This document shows positions 17,904 to 25,576 of a DNA stretch of 27,047 nucleotides, in pieces. The DNA lies in assembly GCA_964450845.1 (NCBI GenBank), contig CAYVGZ010000008.1, positions 1-27,047 of the forward strand, read 5' to 3'. The position numbers were made by a program, and so were the translations under genes. The DNA comes from an uncultured Candidatus Bathyarchaeia archaeon (GTDB lineage: Archaea > Thermoproteota > Bathyarchaeia > Bathyarchaeales > Bathycorpusculaceae). The notes beneath the pieces were generated by a model that made no database searches, had not been told where the DNA came from, and was given only the letters and a program-made list of their open reading frames with translations. The number at the start of each line of letters is the position of its first letter. Within the stretch, counting starts at the first letter, position 1.

Positions 17904-18679
17904 CCGCCTCCTTCGATTTTTCTCTCATGCAGAAATATGCCTAGAAATGTAAATAATGAAAAGAAGCAAACTATGCCGAGCACAGCTATTGCTGGAGAAG
18001 TCAGAAATGTAGATTCAATTCCAGCTCCCCATCGGAAAAGGTCGGCGGCAAATGTTAGAGGATTAAATCTTGCAATGTTTGCGTAGTAAGAGGGCATATA
18101 GGCTATCGGGTAAAGAGTGGTGCTTAACCTTACTATTAGAGCGTCAATAACCCCTAAAGATATGTCAAATCTGTCGGAGGATTTTATGCTTACAGCCAAA
18201 GTTATGCTAAAACCAGCTGTGCCAAATGTGAATAAGAAGAGGGATGCGAAAGCTACCAGAAGCTGTAGTGGACTTGAAATTCCAATCAGATATAAAATGA
18301 AAAGCATCATGGGACTAACATACATAAAACTTCTTAAGCCTCCTCCAATTGACCTCCCAATGACGAGTTCTTTGCGGGAAACTGGAACACTTAGCAGGTA
18401 CTCTATGACGCCGTGGTCTGCTTCCTCATAAATGTCGTATCCAATGAAGACGGCTGTTGAATAGAGCATTGTAATGATTATTCCAGCTGCATAAAAATTG
18501 AAGTAGTCGCCCCCAACTGCTAGCTGGACATCTTGATTAACCATTCTGTTAACAACTAAGCCGAAGAGGGCTATTTGGGCAATAAACCATATGGCACGCA
18601 TTATTAAGAGGAACTTGTATTGGAGAAACATTCGCATGTCTCTTTCGGCTACCGTCCAAACTTTTCTCAAGTTTATCAT
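17894..18679 (-). CDS. ABC-2 type exporter permease
   Basis: Same family pattern (G.IEYLLSVPVSRKEL..GR, STTLYP, NPL). Overlaps the ATPase stop by 4 nt. Confidence 0.88.
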   Translation of the reverse strand: MINLRKVWTVAERDMRMFLQYKFLLIMRAIWFIAQIALFGLVVNRMVNQDVQLAVGGDYFNFYAAGIIITMLYSTAVFIGYDIYEEADHGVIEYLLSVPVSRKELVIGRSIGGGLRSFMYVSPMMLFILYLIGISSPLQLLVAFASLFLFTFGTAGFSITLAVSIKSSDRFDISLGVIDALIVRLSTTLYPIAYMPSYYANIARFNPLTFAADLFRWGAGIESTFLTSPAIAVLGIVCFFSLFTFLGIFLHERKIEGGGWQ

Positions 18680-19632
18680 TTTCTTTGCGCCTCTTCGATT
18701 GTCAAGCCTGTGTAATGCGCAAATACGTCATCAAGGGATGGCTCGCTCATGCGAATTGATTTTACTTGCATCCGTGTTTTCATAAAAAACTCTGTAATTT
18801 GAGGCAGAACTTCTTCGGCTTGATTTAAGTAAATTTTTAAGTGATTTGGTTCGGTTGTTAAAACGTCGACGACTCGGTTTATCTTCTTCAATTCCTCAAG
18901 AGACTTCTTGGAAACATCTTTTTCCAAAATTACCTCTATTACGTCTCCACCAAGTATAGTGTCCTTCAGCTTTTTAGGCTCATCACAAACTAGAAGCTTC
19001 CCCTTATGCATTATCGCTACTCTGTCAGAAAGCACATCCGCCTCATAGAGTTCATTTGTTGCAAGCAGAATGGTTGAGCCTTCGTCTCTTAAAGCACGGA
19101 TCATATTCCAAATTCTGTGTTTACCCACGATGTCAATCTGAGCTGTAGGCTCGTCAACTATGGCTATTTTGGGTCTTTGAATCAGAATTTTAGCTATTTC
19201 AACTCTTTTGCGCATGCCACCTGAAAACGTATGTATTATCTTGTGCCGTTCGTTCCATAATTCAAGTTCCTCTAAAGCCCATCGGACTCTCTTTTTGCGT
19301 TCTTCACTTGATAATCCACATACTTTTGCATGCCAGTCCAAAACATCCCAAGGAGTGCTAACCCACAAAAGTTTGGGTTCTTGAAAGGATATGCCAACTA
19401 GGGTTCTAGATTTATCTGGTTCACGGGTTACATCATAAGAACCTATGAAGGCTGTGCCTTCTGTCGGTTTGATAACAGTTGTGAGCATGAGCAAGATTGT
19501 TGTTTTCCCCGCGCCGTTCGGACCCAGAAGCCCTAAGATTTCTCCATCTTCAATGTTTAAGTTTAGATGGTCAACTGCCACTAGGCTTGCGAATTTTTTT
19601 GTAAGGTTTTCAATTCGAATTATTGGCGCCAT
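18676..19632 (-). CDS. ABC exporter ATP-binding protein (DrrA-like)
   Basis: Walker A GPNGAGKTT, signature FSGGM, Walker B AIVDE and C-terminal EPSLDDVF. Likely ATG 19632 (ORF track 19668). Confidence 0.9.
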   Translation of the reverse strand: MAPIIRIENLTKKFASLVAVDHLNLNIEDGEILGLLGPNGAGKTTILLMLTTVIKPTEGTAFIGSYDVTREPDKSRTLVGISFQEPKLLWVSTPWDVLDWHAKVCGLSSEERKKRVRWALEELELWNERHKIIHTFSGGMRKRVEIAKILIQRPKIAIVDEPTAQIDIVGKHRIWNMIRALRDEGSTILLATNELYEADVLSDRVAIMHKGKLLVCDEPKKLKDTILGGDVIEVILEKDVSKKSLEELKKINRVVDVLTTEPNHLKIYLNQAEEVLPQITEFFMKTRMQVKSIRMSEPSLDDVFAHYTGLTIEEAQRK

Positions 19633-19683
19633 TTTTATACCAGACGCTGAAGCAGATACAATGACCAAGCAGCTAAATAAGAT

Positions 19684-20991
19684 TTATCGTGATAGTAAAT
19701 CCAAAGCAGTTTTTTCAGTTTTCTCCATTAGAGCTTGTTCATCTAAAGTTTTTACCTGTCTATTCTCCATCAAGATTTTTCCATCAACGATAACAGTGTC
19801 CACATCGCTTCCATGTGCAGAGTAAACGATGCTTGCGTAAATGTTGTGCAACGGTTTTAAGTGAGGCTTTGAAACGTCAACCAGAACTATGTCGGCTTTC
19901 TTACCTACTTCAAGGGAGCCGATGTTTTCTCCCAGTCCTAAGGCTTTAGCGCCGTTTATTGTTGCCATTTTTAAAACCTCGTAGGCTGGCATAGCTTCAG
20001 GGTTCTGATAGGTGAGTTTTTGAAGTAAAGCTGCAACCTTCATGGTTTCAAACATGTCAAGGGAATTATTACTAGCTGCTCCATCTGTTCCCAAACTCAC
20101 GTTTACACCCAAATCGGTTAAGTCCTTTATTTTTGCTGCGCCTAAACCAAGTTTCATGTTAGCCACAGGAACATAAACCACATTGACGCCACGTTTAGAC
20201 AGGATAAGCATATCGTCTCTTGACAGATTTACACAATGGGCGGCGAGAACATGCCCTCTCAAAAAGCCTATTTTGTCTAAAAATTCAACCTCGCCGAAAC
20301 CATATTTCTTCTCAAATTCCCCAAACATGGCTTTAGATTCAGCCAAATGCATGTGCACACCAACATTTAACTCCGAAGCCTTTTTACTGATTTTTGAGAG
20401 CAAACCTTGGCTACAACTGTAAGCCGAATGAGAACCAAGCATTGCTTTCACCCTATCATTAGCGTATCCGTTGAATCGTTTGGCAAAATCTACGCTTTCA
20501 GCAAGCATTTTTTCGCCACGCATCTTGCTTCCAGCTTCAAATATGCCTTGTGCCAAAACGCCTCTTAATCCGCTTTTTTCCGTTGCCTTTGCAATCATGC
20601 CTTCATGAAAATACATGTCAGCAAAACATGTAGTTCCACTTTTGATCATTTCCAAACAGCCTAAAAGGGCTCCAACATGCACGTCCTCCTGCCTAAGCTT
20701 AGCCTCTAAAGGCCAAATAGTTTGCTTCAGCCAAGTGCTCAACTCTTGATCTTCAGCTACTCCTCTAAACAGCGTCATGGGAACATGTGTGTGACAGTTA
20801 ATCAAGCCTGGCAGGGCAACTTTTCCTTTTGCATTTATTTTCACATCAGCTTCTACGCTGTTTACTGGTGCAGATTTGCCCACGAAAGCTACTTTCCCGT
20901 TCTTTATAAGTAGCATTCCATCCTTTATGCAGTCTTTGCCATTCATCGGCAAAATAATGCATTCATGAATCAGAATGTCTGCTTTTTTCAA
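19684..20991 (-). CDS. Amidohydrolase, MtaD/DadD-like (MTA/SAH/5'-deoxyadenosine deaminase family)
   Basis: PGLINCHTH, WL...IWPLE, GTTCFADMY, HMHLAE, AAHCV and GTDGAASNN. Likely TTG 20991; the extension to 21042 in the ORF track does not look homologous. Confidence 0.85.
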   Translation of the reverse strand: MKKADILIHECIILPMNGKDCIKDGMLLIKNGKVAFVGKSAPVNSVEADVKINAKGKVALPGLINCHTHVPMTLFRGVAEDQELSTWLKQTIWPLEAKLRQEDVHVGALLGCLEMIKSGTTCFADMYFHEGMIAKATEKSGLRGVLAQGIFEAGSKMRGEKMLAESVDFAKRFNGYANDRVKAMLGSHSAYSCSQGLLSKISKKASELNVGVHMHLAESKAMFGEFEKKYGFGEVEFLDKIGFLRGHVLAAHCVNLSRDDMLILSKRGVNVVYVPVANMKLGLGAAKIKDLTDLGVNVSLGTDGAASNNSLDMFETMKVAALLQKLTYQNPEAMPAYEVLKMATINGAKALGLGENIGSLEVGKKADIVLVDVSKPHLKPLHNIYASIVYSAHGSDVDTVIVDGKILMENRQVKTLDEQALMEKTEKTALDLLSR

Positions 20992-21039
20992 AGAGATACC
21001 CTTTATTTTAGAGAGTGAGATGACAATAAAGATTATACT

Positions 21040-21047
21040 CAACCAAC
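21040..21047 (-). repeat. Copy of the GTTGGTTG/CAACCAAC octamer
   Basis: CAACCAAC on the + strand between the NUDIX stop and the amidohydrolase start. Confidence 0.5.
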
Positions 21048-21054
21048 ATTACTT

Positions 21055-21471
21055 TTAATGTTGCGTTAGGCTTATGTTTAGTTTTCTCAAGGCTTCTTTG
21101 TTTTCCTTCCAGTGCAGCAATTGCAGAGCTTCTTGGAAACTGCACCATTGATATTCACTGTGCTCATTTCGGTCAAGCACTATCTCTTCCGAAGGAGAGA
21201 TTTCCACGCCATAAACATATTCTTGATTTAGGTTAGGGTCTGAAAATTCAAAATAGTAAAGGCTGTCTATTGCCCTGATGAATTTCTTCACTCCTGTTTC
21301 TTCAATTACCTCTCTGCGCAAGGCTTCCTCTCGAGTCTCTCCCTCTTCCAAGCCACCTGTAACAGGTTGCCAGAATCCATTTCTCTCAGGAGTTCTATTT
21401 AGCAGTAAATATTCTATTTTGTTGTCGTTTTTTCGGAATATTATGGCTTCAACCTGTATTGGCAACCGCAT
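21055..21471 (-). CDS. NUDIX hydrolase, NudB-like
   Basis: Complete Nudix box GGLEEGETREEALRREVIEETG preceded by FWQPVTG, and followed by EHSEYQW. Confidence 0.9.
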   Translation of the reverse strand: MRLPIQVEAIIFRKNDNKIEYLLLNRTPERNGFWQPVTGGLEEGETREEALRREVIEETGVKKFIRAIDSLYYFEFSDPNLNQEYVYGVEISPSEEIVLDRNEHSEYQWCSFQEALQLLHWKENKEALRKLNISLTQH

Positions 21472-21522
21472 GGAGTGAGAGATTGCAGCTAGGATTAATA
21501 TATGTTTTCAAGATTGTGTATG

Positions 21523-21554
21523 TTTTGGTTGGTTGGGGTAAAGCTTAATCCAAC
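21523..21554 (+). repeat. Repeat element A: TTTTGGTTGGTTGG with GTTG-N15-CAAC inverted arms
   Basis: The first 14 nt are identical to 22371-22384; CAAC lies at the same distance in both copies. Confidence 0.7.
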
Positions 21555-21664
21555 GACGCGCGAAAGCTGAGATTCATCTTCATGTAGCGATCGTGTGCGA
21601 GGTAAGTATAATACGATGATTCTTCTTAGTTGTTTTGTCCGCTTGTCTGCGAAGGTGAAGAGGG

Positions 21665-22336
21665 ATGATCAAGGCTGTGCTCTTCGATTTAGGAGGCACA
21701 TTGATACAGACGGCTGAGATTCCTGAGATTTTCAGGAGGATACTAAAGGTTTTTGGCATCGAGGTTTCTTACGAGGAAATTTCAGATGCGCATGAAGCGA
21801 ACAAGGCTGAACTCGATGTTGCCGCGGGACAGATACGATGCGGCATGGAGTTTTGGACTGAGTTTAATTCGCGGTTTCTGAGAAGACTGGGCATTGAGGA
21901 TAATGTGGAAACGCTTGCTAAGAACATAACGAACCTGTGGTGGGATAACGCTGACCTGCGATTCTATCCTGACGTGCTTGAGGCGTTGAGTTGGCTTAAG
22001 GCGAGAAACATCAAGATAGGCGTGGTTACTAATGCCTTGAGGGAAGATTACGGACAGATTCTTCATAGGTTGGGAGCAACACGTTTGTTTGACGTTGTCG
22101 TGGGCATTGATGACTGCAAGAGGGCTAAGCCTGACAAGCAGATTTTCTTCTATGCTATTGACAGGCTGGGTGTTAAGCCGGATGAAGCGTTGTTTGTGGG
22201 GAATGAACTGGAAACAGATTACAAGGGGGCAAAGGGAGCTGGACTGAAAGCGCTGTTTATTGACAGGGATAGAAAGAACAACGGTAAGATCAATAGGCTG
22301 ACTACGCTGAAGGAGTTGCGCCTCCACATATCTTGA
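21665..22336 (+). CDS. HAD-IA family hydrolase
   Basis: FDLGGTL, VVTN, KPD..IF and FVGNELETDYKGAKGAG; GGTGAAGAGGG upstream. Confidence 0.88.
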   Translation: MIKAVLFDLGGTLIQTAEIPEIFRRILKVFGIEVSYEEISDAHEANKAELDVAAGQIRCGMEFWTEFNSRFLRRLGIEDNVETLAKNITNLWWDNADLRFYPDVLEALSWLKARNIKIGVVTNALREDYGQILHRLGATRLFDVVVGIDDCKRAKPDKQIFFYAIDRLGVKPDEALFVGNELETDYKGAKGAGLKALFIDRDRKNNGKINRLTTLKELRLHIS

Positions 22337-22370
22337 CGGATGTTGTAAATGGTAGTGGGTCAGCCGTTAC

Positions 22371-22406
22371 TTTTGGTTGGTTGGATAAAACTCCGCCTCA
22401 ACCAAC
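22371..22406 (+). repeat. Repeat element B: TTTTGGTTGGTTGG with perfect GTTGGTTG-N15-CAACCAAC inverted repeat
   Basis: Read directly: arms at 22376-22383 and 22399-22406. Confidence 0.75.
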
Positions 22407-22421
22407 AAAGGACTTGATGAC

Positions 22422-22592
22422 CTATTCAATGTCGCATTTCGAAACCTTGATTCCAAGCTCAAAAGCCTGTTTCATTTCTGCTTGATCACTCTTGACGCTT
22501 CCAAGCTTGTTGTCATCATGAGCATAGTAAATGATCCCCGCCGCAACACTGGCAGAGGCAATCGCAATGGAAACTGTCTGTATGTCAACCAT
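22422..22592 (-). CDS. 56-aa ORF absent from the ORF track; probable chimeric gene remnant
   Basis: Hand translation gives MVDIQTVSIAIASASVAAGIIYYAHDDNKLGSVKSDQAEMKQAFELGIKVSKCDIE*; AGGTG lies upstream of the ATG. Confidence 0.6.
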   Translation of the reverse strand: MVDIQTVSIAIASASVAAGIIYYAHDDNKLGSVKSDQAEMKQAFELGIKVSKCDIE

Positions 22593-22650
22593 ACCTAACA
22601 CCTATGAAAGCAGCGTTGTTTCGGCTCAGCTATAACTTTTCCGCAACTAC

Positions 22651-22661
22651 GTTGGTTGGTT
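22651..22661 (+). repeat. Repeat element C: GTTGGTTGGTT
   Basis: Third same-orientation copy of the core, between the mini-ORF and the GNAT gene. Confidence 0.6.
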
Positions 22662-22725
22662 AGACAAATGTTATACTGCAAACCCAAAAAACTATTATGC
22701 TCTGGCTGAAGTAATTTAAGAAGAG

Positions 22726-23361
22726 ATGATGCGGATGTTCGAGTTTGCTGCCCTCAGATTTAGACCTTTAGAGAAGGATGACCTCAAACTGCTTCATGTT
22801 TGGGAAAACGATTTCGAGCTTATGATGTATAGCAGAAGCAACCCGCTGAACGTGGCTAGCATGGCGCAGCTGGAAGAAAGATTTGAGGAATGGATGAAGG
22901 AGAAGAGGAATTTCTATTTTATTGTGGAAAATATGGAATCCAAAGTGCCCATAGGTTTCGCCTCAATACGCACAGAGGTATGGGGCAACGTGCTAGGCGC
23001 GGACGTTGGCACTTATATCGGCAAAAAGGAACTGTGGGAAAAAGGCTTTGGAAAAAAAATAACAGCGGCTTTGCTTGAAATGTCCTTCATCCACCTGAAC
23101 ATGGAGCGCTGCCAAGCGTGGAGCGTAGAATACAACACGCGAGCCCATAAAGTGCTTGAGTTCTGCGGGTTCAAGAAAGGTGGAGTCGTGCGGAACACGG
23201 TGTATGTGGCAGGCAAGAAATGGGGCTCCTTCCATTTCGACATATTACGCGAAGAATACATGAATATACGGATGGACCTATTGAAGAAAATGCTTGGAGA
23301 ACAAGTAGACACCTATCTAGCGAAAACTCAGCCAGCTCTTAGACCGCGTGTAAATGGTTAA
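22726..23361 (+). CDS. GNAT N-acetyltransferase, RimJ/RimL family
   Basis: LRFRPLE..DL..L..W, IG.A, VGTYIG..E.W.KGFG, N.RA.K..E.CGFK.EG-like pattern. Confidence 0.88.
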   Translation: MMRMFEFAALRFRPLEKDDLKLLHVWENDFELMMYSRSNPLNVASMAQLEERFEEWMKEKRNFYFIVENMESKVPIGFASIRTEVWGNVLGADVGTYIGKKELWEKGFGKKITAALLEMSFIHLNMERCQAWSVEYNTRAHKVLEFCGFKKGGVVRNTVYVAGKKWGSFHFDILREEYMNIRMDLLKKMLGEQVDTYLAKTQPALRPRVNG

Positions 23362-23431
23362 GATCATGTTGCGCAGTATTGCTGTTTGCGTAGGTCATTG
23401 TAAGTTAAGAGATATTAGGGGAATTCAGAAG

Positions 23432-23848
23432 CTAAATCAATGGTTTTGATTCTTGAATTTTCTTTAAGAGCGGACGCAAAGCTGGTTGCAGATTATGATC
23501 CTCTGTCAAAGTGCCTTTTGGCACTCCAGGCGTGCCTATTTTTCTGCATATGAAGTTAAGAGAATCCTCAGTGAAGTTTAACAGGCTCTGCCCTTCGGTT
23601 GTCAGTTTGTAAACTTTTCTTGGCCGTTCGCTGTTCATGTTCCATTCGCTTTTCACATACCCCTTCTTCTCCAGCGAGTTTAGGAGCGGGTAAATGGTGC
23701 TTGGTCCAAAATACACTCCAAAGGTTTTGCGAATTCTTGTAATAACTTGGTAACCATGCATGGGATTTGAGCTTAGGAACTGTAGTACTATAAGGTCTAG
23801 GAGCCCCTTCATCAATTTGATTTGAACTTCTTTTGAGTTGTTTCCCAT
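23432..23848 (-). CDS. PadR family transcriptional regulator
   Basis: PMHGYQVI, GPSTIYPLL..LE..GYV and RPRKVY.LT..G. Likely ATG 23848 (ORF track 23902). Confidence 0.9.
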   Translation of the reverse strand: MGNNSKEVQIKLMKGLLDLIVLQFLSSNPMHGYQVITRIRKTFGVYFGPSTIYPLLNSLEKKGYVKSEWNMNSERPRKVYKLTTEGQSLLNFTEDSLNFICRKIGTPGVPKGTLTEDHNLQPALRPLLKKIQESKPLI

Positions 23849-23901
23849 ATTTTTCCCTTCTGTATTTGTGTCCAACAGTTTTTCTGTTGAACGAGGATAC
23901 A

Positions 23902-23923
23902 ATATGTCCTTTTTCGGACATAT
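23902..23923. promoter_or_regulatory. Perfect palindromic operator ATATGTCC-N6-GGACATAT
   Basis: 8-bp inverted repeat read directly. It contains ATGT/ACAT half-sites and sits just downstream of a minus-strand TATA box. Confidence 0.7.
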
Positions 23924-23930
23924 CTCAAGA

Positions 23931-23959
23931 CTTTATAGAGCATAAACGAAGATATAAAG
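23931..23959. promoter_or_regulatory. Back-to-back TATAAAG boxes (divergent promoters)
   Basis: CTTTATA at 23931-23937 (TATAAAG on the minus strand) and TATAAAG at 23953-23959, between the divergent padR genes. Confidence 0.5.
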
Positions 23960-24074
23960 GTTCATGCTTACCCCAAACATAAAAAAGCATACCGAAGCAT
24001 AGCAAAATATTCCATTTTATACATAACGTAAATAAGCCCAAACATGAACCAGTTCAAAATAGAACACGTAGAGA

Positions 24075-24422
24075 GTGAAAAAATTGGCAGAAAACTTTAG
24101 AAAAGAAATTGTTCAACGCATAACCAAAAACCTGCTCGACATCCAAATTTTGAGGCTTATCCAGATGCAACCCATGTGGGGCTACAAAATAAAAAAACAA
24201 GCAGAAACAAAATTCGACGTAAAACTAAGACACGGAGCATTATACCCACTACTTAATGGAATGGAACAGAAAGGCTTCCTAACAAGCCGAAAACAACAAC
24301 AAGGAGGAAGAACAAGAAAAGTGTACACAATAACAAAGAGCGGTGAAGAATACGTAGAAACATACAACAGCATACTAAAAGAACAAATACAAAAACAAGA
24401 CATAAAAGCATCTTCACTTTAA
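24075..24422 (+). CDS. PadR family transcriptional regulator
   Basis: PMWGYKI, GALYPLL..ME.KG.L and RTRKVY.IT..G. Confidence 0.9.
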   Translation: MKKLAENFRKEIVQRITKNLLDIQILRLIQMQPMWGYKIKKQAETKFDVKLRHGALYPLLNGMEQKGFLTSRKQQQGGRTRKVYTITKSGEEYVETYNSILKEQIQKQDIKASSL

Positions 24423-24467
24423 CATTAACCAACTTCTAATCTAGAGCTTTTTAGACAGGAGAAGCTC

Positions 24468-25511
24468 ATGGAAAAAAATAGAAAGTCGGAATCAAAAGGC
24501 GAAAAACTGTTTGAACAAGTTACAAGAATATTGGAGAAAGAGGGAGCAAAAGGCTGGAAACTGGCGCAAGAAACTCTACTAAAACAGAAAACAAAAAACA
24601 AGCAACTTCAGGAAGCGATAAACTATACTATGTTAGAGGGGAAGCCAGACTTTTTTAGACCAGCGTTTGTTGCTCTTTGTTGCAAAGCCGTCGAAGGTGA
24701 TCCAGAAGTCACAATTCCTTGCGGCGCCTCACTAGTATTGTTTAGTAGAGCTATCGGGATTCATGATGACGTAATTGATAATTTGAAAAAGAGAAACAAA
24801 CGTCTTACTCTTTTTGGAAAATTCGGTAAAGACTTTGCATTAATTCTGAGTGACATCCTTTTGTTCAAAGGTTTCACGCTAATGAGGAAAAGCATTGAGA
24901 TAGGTATTCCTCAGCAAAGTGTAGTGCAAATTCTTGACGTGATTGATCGCATATGGTTTGAACAGGGCGAAGGTGAATTCTTCGAGATCGGGGCCAAGAG
25001 ACAAACGACTGTTTCTACTCAAGAATGTATGGCCAAAATCAGAATGAGGGCTTCGGAATTGGAAGCAATTGCCCGTATAGGCGGAATATTGGGCGGTGGT
25101 TCACAGAAGGAAATTGTAGCTTTGGGCGGATTTGGCAGGCATCTTGGAATAATGTCTATTCTAAGAGAGGAAATAATCGACATGTTGGAGTTTAATGTGC
25201 TGAGACACAGAATACGATATGAATCACTTCCATTACCCCTAATACACGCGATGCAAGATTCAAAAGCAAGATCACAGATAGCTTCACTGATTTTCAAGAA
25301 AAAACTTACTAACACAGATTTACGGGCAATATCGAATATTTCGGATAGAGTGGGGAGCATCGGCTATGTTTCTAGTCAAATCCATGCAATGAGAACCAAG
25401 GCAATCTCAAATTTAGAATCACTTCAGACAGAAAGCGCAGAACTTAAACTTATGGTCGCTTCGCTTCTACTAAATTCCAAGTATCGTAAGCCAAACGCAA
25501 GATCTACGTAG
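24468..25511 (+). CDS. Polyprenyl-synthetase-fold prenyltransferase with intact FARM and degenerate SARM
   Basis: GK..RP-like motif, FARM HDDVID, FG...A.L..D, GEGE, G..LG and SARM-position REEIID. Confidence 0.82.
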   Translation: MEKNRKSESKGEKLFEQVTRILEKEGAKGWKLAQETLLKQKTKNKQLQEAINYTMLEGKPDFFRPAFVALCCKAVEGDPEVTIPCGASLVLFSRAIGIHDDVIDNLKKRNKRLTLFGKFGKDFALILSDILLFKGFTLMRKSIEIGIPQQSVVQILDVIDRIWFEQGEGEFFEIGAKRQTTVSTQECMAKIRMRASELEAIARIGGILGGGSQKEIVALGGFGRHLGIMSILREEIIDMLEFNVLRHRIRYESLPLPLIHAMQDSKARSQIASLIFKKKLTNTDLRAISNISDRVGSIGYVSSQIHAMRTKAISNLESLQTESAELKLMVASLLLNSKYRKPNARST

Positions 25512-25566
25512 CCCAATCGTACCATGATCTCGGAAGAACTTTAATCTCCTTCTTCTTCTTAGCCAT
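25504..25566 (-). CDS. Unannotated 20-aa peptide MAKKKKEIKVLPRSWYDWAT
   Basis: ATG at 25566 to TAG at 25504, preceded by GGGGAAGG and a TATA box (TTAAATAA, 25608-25601) with an A-rich BRE-like stretch. Confidence 0.62.
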   Translation of the reverse strand: MAKKKKEIKVLPRSWYDWAT

Positions 25567-25576
25567 AAACCTTCCC

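Noticed and set aside
20992-21042. N-terminal hydrophobic extension of the amidohydrolase as a signal peptide
   Set aside because: It starts at a TTG inside the CAACCAAC repeat and is not homologous to the family; the downstream TTG at 20991 fits better.
21502-21570. 22-aa ORF MFSRLCMFWLVGVKLNPTTRES on the + strand
   Set aside because: It simply reads through repeat element A, with no RBS or promoter support.
21523-22406. GTT...AAC repeats as integron attC sites
   Set aside because: attC runs RYYYAAC...GTTRRRY downstream of co-oriented cassettes. Here the order is GTT...AAC, the elements are only about 31-36 bp, the genes alternate strands, and there is no intI in the window. Kept only as an unclassified repeat.
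21040-22690. Repeats as a CRISPR array or IS ends
   Set aside because: Spacing is irregular (about 250-850 bp) and the intervals contain whole genes; there are no cas genes, transposase or clear target-site duplication.
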